From an uncultured Acidobacteriota bacterium (GTDB lineage Bacteria; Acidobacteriota; Terriglobia; Terriglobales; Acidobacteriaceae): a DNA stretch of 64,000 nt. Below the pieces are notes generated by a model. It was given only the letters and a program-made list of their open reading frames with translations, did not search any database and had not been told where the DNA came from. Made by a program: the position numbers and the translations under genes. Location: the NCBI GenBank assembly GCA_963793945.1, contig CAWCCE010000001.1, positions 525,716-589,715 of the forward strand. The letters are read 5' to 3'. Shown one piece after another: positions 1 through 8,723 of this stretch (positions within the stretch are counted from its first letter, which is position 1; every line of letters begins with the position of its first letter).

Positions 1-758
1 CTCCGCTGGCTCTCCTCTTCGCCATTCGCCAATTCCTGCAATCACGGCGAGAGCACAACACTGGCTCCGCCCTGCTCCCTCTGACGTCAACCTTGATTTA
101 CTACGGCGTGTTTCAAACAATCGTCGGCCTCGCAATCATGCTCCCGCCAGGTCTCGAGCGCTTGCGACCCTTCGAGCCCATGCGGTGCCTGCATCTGCTC
201 TATCTTTTGTTTTTCCAGATCGTCGGCGGACTCCTCGGTCGCTACGTTCTTCAGAGAAGTTTCTATCGCTGGCTTGTGCTCTTCGTTCCGCTCGCTGCCG
301 GTATCTTCTATGCGCAGCGCCAAATGTATCCCGCGTCCGAGCACCTCGAGATGCCTTGGTCTGCACCGCGCAATCCCTGGCTGCAAGCCTTCGCCTGGAT
401 TCGAGCCAATACTCCGACGGACGCACTCTTTGCACTTGATCCCCACTACGAATCGCTCCCTGCCGAGGACGCTCACGGCTTCCGCGCCCTCGCCGAACGC
501 AGCGCCCTCGCCGACTATGAGAAAGACGGAGGCATGGCGGCCCGCGTCCCTCGCCTCGCTCCGCGCTGGCTCAACGAAGTTACGGCGCTCAGAGGTTGGC
601 AAAATTTCCAGCCCGTGGATTTCGCGCGCCTGAAGAATAATCTCGGCGTGACATGGATCGTCCTGTCGCACGCAGACGCCGAATTCTCAGCCGCCCACCC
701 GGACGGCATGACCTGCCCCTACGCCGACGATCAAGTGCGAGTCTGCCAGTTATACTGA
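1..758 (+). CDS. polytopic membrane protein, C-terminal part (5' end lies upstream of the window)
   Basis: Frame 3 is open from nt 3 to the stop at 756-758. Hydrophobic helices (IVGLAIMLPP, LLYLLFFQIVGGLLG, WLVLFVPLAAGIFY) are followed by a soluble tail. A GT39-like membrane glycosyltransferase follows 30 nt later. Family not recognised by eye. Confidence 0.55.
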   Translation, partial: PLALLFAIRQFLQSRREHNTGSALLPLTSTLIYYGVFQTIVGLAIMLPPGLERLRPFEPMRCLHLLYLLFFQIVGGLLGRYVLQRSFYRWLVLFVPLAAGIFYAQRQMYPASEHLEMPWSAPRNPWLQAFAWIRANTPTDALFALDPHYESLPAEDAHGFRALAERSALADYEKDGGMAARVPRLAPRWLNEVTALRGWQNFQPVDFARLKNNLGVTWIVLSHADAEFSAAHPDGMTCPYADDQVRVCQLY

Positions 759-789
759 CAGTTTCAGCGAGCCGACTCTACCCAAGCGA

Positions 790-2049
790 ATGCCCACATC
801 ACCGTCCCCGACATCGCGCACCCAGCCTTATCTCTGGATGGTGCTTGTTGCCCTCGCGATCCGACTTGCCGTCATCCCGTTCGTCTATCGCGACTGGTTG
901 GATCCTTTCGTCCTTGAACACTGGGCCTTCGGACTCATCGCGCGCTCCATCGCCTCCGGACACGGCTTCGGAGGTCCATTCGCGCCCACCGGAGCCTCAG
1001 CACTCCTGCCGCCCGTGTACTCCTATCTCCTCGCCGGAATTTTCAAGATCTTCGGGATCGAAACCAAAGCTTCGATTCTCGCAGCGCTTTCGTTGAACAG
1101 CCTTTTTTCCGCGCTGACTTGTGTTCCGGTTTTTCTTTTGGCGAAGCAGGCCTTCGGAGATCGCGTCGCGAAATGGGCCGGCTGGGGATGGGCATTCTCA
1201 CCCTACGGTATCTACTACGGCGCGGATTGGGCGTGGTCCACCTGCCTCGTCACGCTCGAACTCGCTTGCTTGTTCCTGTGGGCCTGGCGTCTGGAAAATT
1301 CAACCCGCACGCGCGATTGGATCTTCTTCGGATTTTTCGGTGGCATCGCTGCCCTCACCGAGCCAGTCGTGCTGTCCGTCGTTCCACTGCTCGGACTGTG
1401 GACTATCTACCGCCGGTATCGCATGAATCGCCCGTGGAAGGTGCCGATGGCCGCGGCCGCTCTGGCTGCTCTCGCCGTGATGTCTCCGTGGTTTATCCGC
1501 AACTACGAACTCTTCCACAGATTTATTCCCGTTCGCAGCGGCTTCGGACTCGAGCTTTACATCGGCAACAATGGCTACTCCCAGCGTTGGGTCAACAGCA
1601 GCTTGCATCCCAATCATAGCGACGCCGAGCTTTCGGAATACGAGCGTGTGGGCGAGATCGCCTACATGGATCACAAGGAGCAGGAGGCCAAGGTCTACAT
1701 CCATGCACACCCGGTATGGTTCTTGTGGATGACCGGCCGCCGCATCCTCTACATGTGGACCGGTTACTGGAGCTTCGATCGCGCCTACTTAAAAGATGAG
1801 CCGCTTGATCCGCCCAACATTTTTCTCGATACGACCATGACTCTGCTCGGACTGTTCGGATTATCGCGCCTCTTTCATCGTGATTCCGCGATGGCTGTTC
1901 GTTTCGCCATCATCTTGCTCGTTTTCCCTTTGCCGTATTACATCTCGCATCCGGAGACTTATTATTTTCGTCCCGTCGATCCGCTGATCGTAATTCTTGC
2001 GGCAATCGCCGTGGCAGGCGGCGCGAGCCGTCAGAAAGCGCCAGCCTAG
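790..2049 (+). CDS. membrane glycosyltransferase, ArnT/PMT-like (GT39/GT83 type)
   Basis: 419 aa and multi-TM. The N-terminal pattern (LAIRLAVIP...WLDPF..EHWAFG.IARSIASGHGF..PF.PTG.SALLPPVY.YL) is typical of dolichyl/undecaprenyl-phosphate-sugar dependent glycosyltransferases. Confidence 0.65.
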   Translation: MPTSPSPTSRTQPYLWMVLVALAIRLAVIPFVYRDWLDPFVLEHWAFGLIARSIASGHGFGGPFAPTGASALLPPVYSYLLAGIFKIFGIETKASILAALSLNSLFSALTCVPVFLLAKQAFGDRVAKWAGWGWAFSPYGIYYGADWAWSTCLVTLELACLFLWAWRLENSTRTRDWIFFGFFGGIAALTEPVVLSVVPLLGLWTIYRRYRMNRPWKVPMAAAALAALAVMSPWFIRNYELFHRFIPVRSGFGLELYIGNNGYSQRWVNSSLHPNHSDAELSEYERVGEIAYMDHKEQEAKVYIHAHPVWFLWMTGRRILYMWTGYWSFDRAYLKDEPLDPPNIFLDTTMTLLGLFGLSRLFHRDSAMAVRFAIILLVFPLPYYISHPETYYFRPVDPLIVILAAIAVAGGASRQKAPA

Positions 2050-2135
2050 CTTTCTTTGAATCGTTCTCGATCAGCCAACGGTCTAATTTCCAGGTTCATT
2101 GAAAACAGTTCTATTGAAAACAGGTCTAGTCAAAA

Positions 2136-3176
2136 ATGAGTACGGTTCTGGTCACAGGCGGCTCCGGTTTCATCGGCAGCCATACAATTCTGCAACTGTT
2201 GGCAGCAGGGCATCAGGTTCGAACGACTGTGCGCAATCCGAAGCGCGAGGCCGACGTTCGTGCCTTGTTGAAAGTGGGCGGCGCTGAACCCGACGGCCGC
2301 TTATCTTTTTTTGCCGCTGATCTCGAGAGCGACGCCGGCTGGTCGCAAGCCATCGCTGGCTGCGATTACGTTTTGCACGTTGCCTCTCCGTTTCCAGAAC
2401 ATCTCCCTAAGCACGAAGACGAATTGATCATTCCCGCGCGCGAAGGTGCCCTGCGTGTTCTGCGAGCTTCGCGCGAAGCCGGCGTCAAGCGCGTAGTGTT
2501 AACTTCCTCCTTCGCTGCGATTGGCTACGGCCACCCGCCGCAAACCGAGCCCTATAACGAGGGAGACTGGACCGACCCCGAAGGCGAAGGTGTCGCGGCT
2601 TATGCAAAGTCGAAAACGCTCGCGGAACGCGCGGCTTGGGATTTCATCGATCACGAAGCCCGCGGCCTCGAGCTTTCTGTCGTCAACCCAGTTGCCGTAT
2701 TCGGCCCGGTTCTTGGACCTGACTATTCAACGTCGATTTTACTGGTGCAGCGGCTCATGGACGGCGCTGTTCCCGGTCTCCCGCGTCTTTGTTTTGGCGC
2801 GGTCGATGTGCGCGACGTGGCGGACTTGCACATCCGTGCGATGACTCATCTGGCCGCGAATGGCGAACGTTTTCTCGCGGTCGCCGGCAATTTCATATCG
2901 ATGCAAGATATGGCTAAGGTTCTCAAAGATCACTTGGGCGAGGCTGCGCACAGGGTTCCCACGCGCCAGATACCCGATTCCATCGTGCGCCTCGCTTCGC
3001 TGTGGGATCCGGCCATCAAGCAGATCCTGCCTGAGCTTGGTAAACAGAAGAACGCATCCAGTTACAAGGCCATTCGAGTGCTCGGCTGGAAGCCGCGATC
3101 GAACGAGGAATCCATTATTGCGACGGCCGAAAGCCTGATCCGCCTCGGTCTCTTGAAGGACAGCAAGAAGAATTGA
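2136..3176 (+). CDS. NAD(P)-dependent SDR-family aldehyde/dihydroflavonol-reductase-like oxidoreductase
   Basis: N-terminal Rossmann motif VLVTGGSGFIGSH, YxxxK (YAKSK), 346 aa extended-SDR architecture. Confidence 0.85.
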   Translation: MSTVLVTGGSGFIGSHTILQLLAAGHQVRTTVRNPKREADVRALLKVGGAEPDGRLSFFAADLESDAGWSQAIAGCDYVLHVASPFPEHLPKHEDELIIPAREGALRVLRASREAGVKRVVLTSSFAAIGYGHPPQTEPYNEGDWTDPEGEGVAAYAKSKTLAERAAWDFIDHEARGLELSVVNPVAVFGPVLGPDYSTSILLVQRLMDGAVPGLPRLCFGAVDVRDVADLHIRAMTHLAANGERFLAVAGNFISMQDMAKVLKDHLGEAAHRVPTRQIPDSIVRLASLWDPAIKQILPELGKQKNASSYKAIRVLGWKPRSNEESIIATAESLIRLGLLKDSKKN

Positions 3177-3257
3177 CCACTCGCGATACAGCCCCAGCTC
3201 CCATCCCATGTAGCGTTGCAGGGTTTACGGAGCGGGGTTAACATCTAACTACTCACG

Positions 3258-4508
3258 ATGGCGATTGCCACATCTTCACCGGTCACAACCCAGCGGCGCT
3301 TCACGATTGGCCTCAGCGAAATTCTCAATTTCGCTTACGACGCGTTCTCCAGCAACAAACTGCAATTCACGCTGACGTCGCTGGCCATGGCTGTGGGTAC
3401 CGCATCGGTGATTCTTGTCGTCACGATCGGCATGACAGGGAAGCAATACATCCTGCGGCAGATTCAAGCCATCGGCGCGAACATGATCTATGCCGACTAC
3501 GAAGGCGGAGCACAGCGCATCGATTCCACGCCCGATCCCATGACGGTCGACGATGTGAAAGCGATTCGCGAACAGGTGCCCAGCGTCGTTGCCGCTTCTC
3601 CTACCGTGGCTTTGAACGATCGCATCAGCGTTGGCGCGGGCAAGCAGAGTGACATCCTTCTGCTCGGCGTAGATCCGCAATACAAGACCGTGCGCAATTT
3701 GAAGGTTCTCGCGGGCCGTTTTTTTGATTCCGAAGATTCTGCCGGACGCAACAAGGTGGGCGTGATCACGGAGAAACTTGCGCAGAAGCTGTACAACTCG
3801 TCAGTTGGCGCCGTGGGCCAGGTCATAAATTTGAGCGGTGGTCTTCCGTTCACGATCATCGGAGTGTTCAGGGAGAGTGTCGACACGTTCGGACAGTCCG
3901 ACATACAAGATGACACCATGCTGATTCCCTACACCGTGAGCCGGTTCTTCACCCCGACGGCTGCCGTTTACCAGATTTATTTTTCGGCGGCGAGCCCGCA
4001 GGACGTGATCCCGGCCACGAACGCCATCAAACGTGTGTTGCAGTCGCGGCATCGCACGGAGTCCGTTTACAGCGTGCAGAATCTCACTCAGCTTCTTTCA
4101 GTTGCCGGACGAATCGCCGACGCTTTAACTGTCATTCTCATACTCGTGGCTTTTGTGACACTGCTTGTGAGCGGCATCGGCATCATGAATATCATGCTCG
4201 CGACAGTGACCTCACGCATCCGCGAAATTGGAATCCGCAAGGCCATCGGCGCGACCACGCGCGAGATTCGATTTCAATTCCTGGCTGAAGCCATTCTGAT
4301 CTCGCTCACCGGAGGCATTACCGGCATCGTCGCCGGCCTCGCGCTTCCATTCTCCGTGCGATTCTTCACCGACTACCATTTTCCGATTTCTGGCCTGTCG
4401 GCCATCATCGCTATCATCGTATCTTCGATCGTTGGAATCATCTTCGGCACCGTCCCCGCAACCCGCGCCTCGCAGCTCGACCCGGTCGAGAGCCTGCGTT
4501 ATGAATAA
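3258..4508 (+). CDS. ABC transporter permease, MacB/FtsX family
   Basis: 416 aa. N-terminal TM, large periplasmic MacB-like domain, then a C-terminal FtsX 3-TM bundle (GIGIMNIMLATVTSRIREIGIRKAIGAT..I..QFL.EA). No adjacent ATPase. Confidence 0.85.
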   Translation: MAIATSSPVTTQRRFTIGLSEILNFAYDAFSSNKLQFTLTSLAMAVGTASVILVVTIGMTGKQYILRQIQAIGANMIYADYEGGAQRIDSTPDPMTVDDVKAIREQVPSVVAASPTVALNDRISVGAGKQSDILLLGVDPQYKTVRNLKVLAGRFFDSEDSAGRNKVGVITEKLAQKLYNSSVGAVGQVINLSGGLPFTIIGVFRESVDTFGQSDIQDDTMLIPYTVSRFFTPTAAVYQIYFSAASPQDVIPATNAIKRVLQSRHRTESVYSVQNLTQLLSVAGRIADALTVILILVAFVTLLVSGIGIMNIMLATVTSRIREIGIRKAIGATTREIRFQFLAEAILISLTGGITGIVAGLALPFSVRFFTDYHFPISGLSAIIAIIVSSIVGIIFGTVPATRASQLDPVESLRYE

Positions 4509-4539
4509 CTTGCGAATTCAGCGCCTTGCTTAAAATCGC

Positions 4540-4565
4540 AAAAGTGTTCCTATAGGAACACTTTT
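4540..4565. terminator. perfect 26-nt palindrome, bidirectional intrinsic terminator
   Basis: AAAAGTGTTCCTA|TAGGAACACTTTT forms an 11-bp stem with a UAUA loop, an A-tract 5' and a U-tract 3'. It lies 32 nt after the permease stop. Confidence 0.6.
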
Positions 4566-4964
4566 ATGTACAAAAATGTATGTACAAATGGTTAAAAGCA
4601 GGTACAGCCGGATTCGATTTGCACCAGATCGCTTCGGCCTCCGACGAAAGTGTCGGGCAAAAGTCGTGGTACTTGCGGCGCGGCCGATCAGGCCGGGCTC
4701 GGGTTCCGCAAGCCTGGTATGGGACCCAATTGGTGGTGGGGCCGACTTTTCCTCTAAAAACCACAAAGCCGGGCTGGTTTGCCCGGCTATCCTTTTGTGG
4801 AGCTGGTTCGCTCGGTCTTGTTTCGATCGTCGACCCAGAATGTCGTTTTTACCGTATCCTCGTCCACGCCTCCGAGGCTCTCAACCCAACCGGCTGAGGA
4901 GTTTTACCCAGCCCGTCAGTCTCGAACTGTTTCTATTCGCGCGGAATCACCGCTCCCCGATCCC

Positions 4965-5216
4965 CTACATCACCATTGCCAGGTTCTCCAACTCGTGCTG
5001 GAGAACTGGCAGGGCGCAACCGGCCATTTCGACGCGGCCAGCAGCGTCCAGCGCCGCTTTCGGCGAAACCCCATACCCACGGCCCATCAGAAACACCTGG
5101 AGCAATTCGGCTGCTTCGTACGAATCAATCATGCCCCCTTGGAGCAAGTCGTTCCGCAGAGCCGCTAGTTCGGTCATTGTGAATCTGTCTTTGTCGTTCA
5201 TTGCTTTATCGATCAT
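4965..5216 (-). CDS. small hypothetical protein (83 aa from ATG 5216; longest ORF reaches GTG 5228)
   Basis: Only protein-like ORF in a ~1 kb lower-GC gap. GGAGG lies 11 nt upstream of ATG 5216. No family recognised. Confidence 0.4.
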   Translation of the reverse strand: MIDKAMNDKDRFTMTELAALRNDLLQGGMIDSYEAAELLQVFLMGRGYGVSPKAALDAAGRVEMAGCALPVLQHELENLAMVM

Positions 5217-5551
5217 GGCCGTCATCACCTCCGACTCCGACCTCGTCCCGCTTTACCGTATTAGACTCATCGGCAGTTGTGTTAGTTGCATGCAATTCGG
5301 CTGCCGTATTTGCCTTAGCTCTTTAGTACGATCCCCAATCCCCGTCTGGATGTATTAACCCCCTTGGATATCGGAAGTTGCAGGAAGGACTGTAGAGAGG
5401 AGGGCTCCGCCGAAGTGCCCTTGGTACCCAGGAGTAATACCGAACCTGACACAATGTGTCGTTTTCGGACAGCCGAAGTCCAAACTACGGCGGTTCATCG
5501 TCGAGCAATGTGGCCCGAAAGTGGGGGTGTCAAAAGAAAAGCTGACGCCGC

Positions 5552-5899
5552 TTATGCGTGCGCTAGTTCTGCCGCTGCCTGCGTGTCATAAAATTGAAAG
5601 AATTGCTCGACTCGAGTCACCTTCAACGCGTCGCGCACGCGATTGGTGACGCCTACAAGGGCAAGGCTGCGCCCATCCTTCTGATGGTTCACGTAGGCGC
5701 CCACCAGCGCTCCGATCCCGGCGGAATCGATATAGGGCACCAGGGTTAGGTCCAAGATGAGGTGAGTCGACGTGTTCCCACGGACCAGCGATTGAAACTC
5801 GAAGAAATTTGAGATCGTCACCGGGCCAACCAGCCGGAGAATTCGGCGGCCTGCTGCCGATCCAGCGGCATCTTCAATCTGCAAGGGCTCCTGCGGCAT
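5552..5899 (-). CDS. STAS-domain protein (anti-sigma-factor antagonist, SpoIIAA-like)
   Basis: Motif LILDLT.VPYIDSAGIGALVGAYV......GRSLALVGV..RVRDAL.VT.V. Start is ambiguous: ATG 5899 or TTG 5956. Confidence 0.8.
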   Translation of the reverse strand: MPQEPLQIEDAAGSAAGRRILRLVGPVTISNFFEFQSLVRGNTSTHLILDLTLVPYIDSAGIGALVGAYVNHQKDGRSLALVGVTNRVRDALKVTRVEQFFQFYDTQAAAELAHA

Positions 5900-5980
5900 C
5901 CGGAGATGGTAGTACACGAATGTGAACGGAGTGTTAAAGCCAGGGCCAACCCCCAAGTTTTCCAGACCTGCCGCGAGCCC

Positions 5981-6409
5981 CTACGCCGGCTCCGACTCCC
6001 TCTCCCGCGCCTGTGTCACCAGGCTGTCAAACTGGGTCGAATCCAGGCATAGGGCATGCTGCCCGAAGCGGGCTTCCTTACCCGTGGAATGCCAGTAAGG
6101 CATCCAGGTGAAGTGCTTGCCTTCCGCCCTGGCCTCTAGCACCACGAGAAAAGGATAGAAGGTCACCTCTTCCTCCTCTTCGCCGAGCCAGGACTCCAGT
6201 TTCTCCGGCAGGATTGCCGAAACGACTCTAAAGTCGCCGTCCCCGGCTCCCAGCTGGAAGTCGAGGTTTACATGAAGTTCTTGAGGAATTCCGCAGGCAG
6301 GGCAATCGTCTACAGACATTTTGGAGAAGTTGTAGAGCGCGTCGAACAGCTTCAGGTGGGTTGCAGATTTCTTCTTACACCGGCTGCAGTAAACGTATTG
6401 GCTCGCCAT
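5981..6409 (-). CDS. hypothetical zinc-ribbon protein
   Basis: 142 aa. CSRC...CPAC pair at the N-terminus, acidic EEEEE stretch, GGAGG 4 nt upstream of the ATG. Co-directional with and between the Trm112-like and STAS genes. Confidence 0.6.
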   Translation of the reverse strand: MASQYVYCSRCKKKSATHLKLFDALYNFSKMSVDDCPACGIPQELHVNLDFQLGAGDGDFRVVSAILPEKLESWLGEEEEEVTFYPFLVVLEARAEGKHFTWMPYWHSTGKEARFGQHALCLDSTQFDSLVTQARERESEPA

Positions 6410-6481
6410 GGAACCTCCGTGTCCCGGGAATCCAGTTGTCCGGAAACTAGGTGCCGGAGTTCCATCGCTAGCCAGCTCGCC

Positions 6482-6649
6482 CTAGGATTCGATTGTCGCC
6501 TCATCGATCAGCATGATGGGGATGTCGTCCTTCACCGCGTAGACCCGGTGGCACTGCGTACATTTCAACGTCTCCGGATTTTGACGGTATTCGAGTGCCT
6601 GCTTGCACGCCGGACAAACCAGGATTTCCAGAAGGTCTTTGGCAATCAT
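6482..6649 (-). CDS. Trm112/YcaR-family small zinc-ribbon protein (UPF0434), 55 aa
   Basis: Not in the ORF track because it is under 60 aa. My translation is MIAKDLLEILVCPACKQALEYRQNPETLKCTQCHRVYAVKDDIPIMLIDEATIES, the canonical Trm112 pattern (LL.ILVCP.CK..L......L.C..C...Y.+.DGIP+ML.DEA). Confidence 0.8.
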   Translation of the reverse strand: MIAKDLLEILVCPACKQALEYRQNPETLKCTQCHRVYAVKDDIPIMLIDEATIES

Positions 6650-6833
6650 GACCTGTGAATTGTATACGACAGCAGGCGGGCCTCACGTTGTGACCCACCG
6701 CACAGCGGGACAAGACGGCAATCACCTGCGATTTCACCGCCGAGATCGTCGAACATGCCCAGCAAGGGTTTTAGAGGTTATTCCTCCGCGCTCTCGGCGT
6801 GCCCGGCGGTGTAAGATTTTAGAGGCACAAATC

Positions 6834-7775
6834 ATGTCAGCTCTCATCCTCGATGGAACCAAGATCGCGCAAGAGATCCGCAGCGAAGCTGCCGCGGAAG
6901 TGAAAGCCATGGCCGCTTCCGGAGTTCGTCCGGGGCTGGCCGTCGTGCTCGTCGGCCACAATCCCGCGTCCGAGATCTACGTTCGCGGCAAAGTCAAAGC
7001 TTGTGAAGAGGTTGGCGTCTACAGCGAAAAGCTCACACCGCCGGAAACTGCCACGACCGCCGAGCTATTGGCCGTCGTCGAAGACCTCAACCGCCGCGAC
7101 GACATCGACGGCATCCTCGTGCAGCTTCCCCTGCCGCCGCAGGTCGACTCCAAGAAAGTCCTTCTGGCCGTCGATCCCGCGAAAGACGTCGACGGGTTCC
7201 ATCCCATGAACGTCGGCTACCTTTCGACGCAGCGTCCTGGACTCGTCCCCTGTACGCCTGCCGGGTGTCTCGAAATTCTCAAACGCAGCAACATACCCAT
7301 CGCCGGACGCGAAGCCGTCGTGGTTGGACGCTCCGACATTGTGGGCAAGCCCGCCGCCATGCTGCTCCTCAACGCTAACGCCACGGTGACCGTCTGCCAC
7401 TCGAAAACTCATGATCTGCCAGACGTTTGCCGCCGTGCCGACATCCTGGTCGCCGCAATTGGCCGGGCCGGCATGATCACGCGAGATTTCGTGAAACCGG
7501 GAGCCACCGTGATTGACGTCGGAATGAACGCGGTCACCGACCCGGCGGAGTTTGAGCGGTTCTTCGCGGGCAATGCCAAAAGGGAAGAATCCTTCCGTAA
7601 AAAGGGGTCGACGCTGATCGGCGACGTCCATCCGGAAGTCGGCGAAGTTGCCGGCGCGATGACGCCGGTCCCCGGCGGCGTCGGTCCATTGACGATCGCG
7701 ATGCTGATGTTCAACACAATCAAAGCGGCGAAGATGCGGCGGGGGAGCCGTGTGCCGGAGTTATCGCGCGCCTGA
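6834..7775 (+). CDS. folD: bifunctional methylenetetrahydrofolate dehydrogenase / methenyl-THF cyclohydrolase
   Basis: MSALILDGTKIAQEIR..., YVRGKVKACEEVG, GILVQLPLP, VVVGRSDIVGKP, TPVPGGVGPLTIAML. The ATG at 6834 fits family N-termini. The longer ORF from 6603 is an R-rich artefact. Confidence 0.95.
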   Translation: MSALILDGTKIAQEIRSEAAAEVKAMAASGVRPGLAVVLVGHNPASEIYVRGKVKACEEVGVYSEKLTPPETATTAELLAVVEDLNRRDDIDGILVQLPLPPQVDSKKVLLAVDPAKDVDGFHPMNVGYLSTQRPGLVPCTPAGCLEILKRSNIPIAGREAVVVGRSDIVGKPAAMLLLNANATVTVCHSKTHDLPDVCRRADILVAAIGRAGMITRDFVKPGATVIDVGMNAVTDPAEFERFFAGNAKREESFRKKGSTLIGDVHPEVGEVAGAMTPVPGGVGPLTIAMLMFNTIKAAKMRRGSRVPELSRA

Positions 7776-7791
7776 CTCCAAAATGACAACT

Positions 7792-7872
7792 CACCACAGA
7801 GACACAGAGTCACAGAGAAAACCTGTATTTTTTCGATCGCGGCTTCCTCCGTGCTTCTGTACCTCCGTTGTG
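7792..7872. repeat. word hairpin: CACAGAG x3 arm with a complementary CTCCGTG/CTTCTGT arm
   Basis: CACCACAGAGACACAGAGTCACAGAG (7792-7817) faces CCTCCGTGCTTCTGTACCTCCGTTGTG (7846-7872). Lies between the folD stop and the coaE start. Confidence 0.6.
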
Positions 7873-7892
7873 AAATTGCCTTTGGGAATTCC

Positions 7893-8540
7893 ATGCTAAA
7901 AGTCGGCCTCACCGGAGGCATTGCTGTCGGGAAGTCGGTAGTCGGAGAGATGTTCGTCGCGTTGGGCGCTCGGCTTGTTCAGGCCGATCGCATCGCCCAC
8001 GGGCTCATGCAGCCGGGCGAGGCCGTTTACAACGAAGTAGTCCGGCATTTCGGCCGCGAGATTCTCAACCCGGACGGCAGCATCAATCGCGCTAAACTGG
8101 CCGAAGCGGCGTTTGGGCCCGCTAGCGAAGACGCGGGCAAACGCGCCTCGCGCATCGACGAGCTCAACCGCATCGTCCACCCCGTCGTCATCCGCAGCCA
8201 GGACGAATGGATGCACGCGATCGGCATGCAGGATCCGCACGCGGTTGCCATTGTCGAGGCCGCACTGCTGCTCGAAGCTGGCGCCGCCAGACGCTTCGAT
8301 CGCCTGATCGTCGTGACCTGCACGGAAGATCAGCGCATCTCCCGCTTCGCCGCCCGCCAGAAGATGGACATGGAATCCGCCAGAAAAGAGGTTGTCCGTC
8401 GCATGGCAGCGCAACTTCCCGATGAAGAAAAGATCAAGGCGGCCGACTACGTGATCGATAACTCGGGCTCACTCGACCACACGCGCGAGCAGGTGCGTAA
8501 AATATGGGAGAAGCTGGACACCGTGGCAAGAACGTCCTGA
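7893..8540 (+). CDS. coaE: dephospho-CoA kinase
   Basis: MLKVGLTGGIAVGKS P-loop at the N-terminus, ~215 aa, typical CoaE layout. Confidence 0.9.
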   Translation: MLKVGLTGGIAVGKSVVGEMFVALGARLVQADRIAHGLMQPGEAVYNEVVRHFGREILNPDGSINRAKLAEAAFGPASEDAGKRASRIDELNRIVHPVVIRSQDEWMHAIGMQDPHAVAIVEAALLLEAGAARRFDRLIVVTCTEDQRISRFAARQKMDMESARKEVVRRMAAQLPDEEKIKAADYVIDNSGSLDHTREQVRKIWEKLDTVARTS

Positions 8541-8723
8541 CTTTTCAGCTTTGTCATCCTGAGCGGCGCCGTTGCTATGAAGGTTCTCTGCAAGTGGCCG
8601 ACCGCGCCCCCGTCTGAACCAGCGAGGCCTGCTCAACTCCTCCGCCTTTGTTTAGAATTAATCCTGGGACCTTTCCACGACCCGATACCGTACTAACCTT
8701 TAGCTGACAGGATTGTCGAAACT

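Noticed and set aside
4576-5358. 260-aa plus-strand ORF across the low-GC gap
   Set aside because: The translation is Arg/Ser/Pro-rich. It runs through two terminator hairpins and runs antisense to the more protein-like small ORF at 4965-5216.
6603-6833. 77-codon N-terminal extension of folD in the ORF track
   Set aside because: The extension is Arg-rich, is not FolD-like, and overlaps the Trm112-like gene on the other strand. FolD homology begins exactly at ATG 6834 (MSALILDG).
6650-6833. ZTP (pfl) riboswitch in the folD leader
   Set aside because: folD is a classic ZTP-regulated gene and CCGCC/GGGTCAC-like strings are present. However, the ordered GGGUCGUGAC...CCGGG...CCGCCUGGGC arrangement and spacing are absent on either strand.
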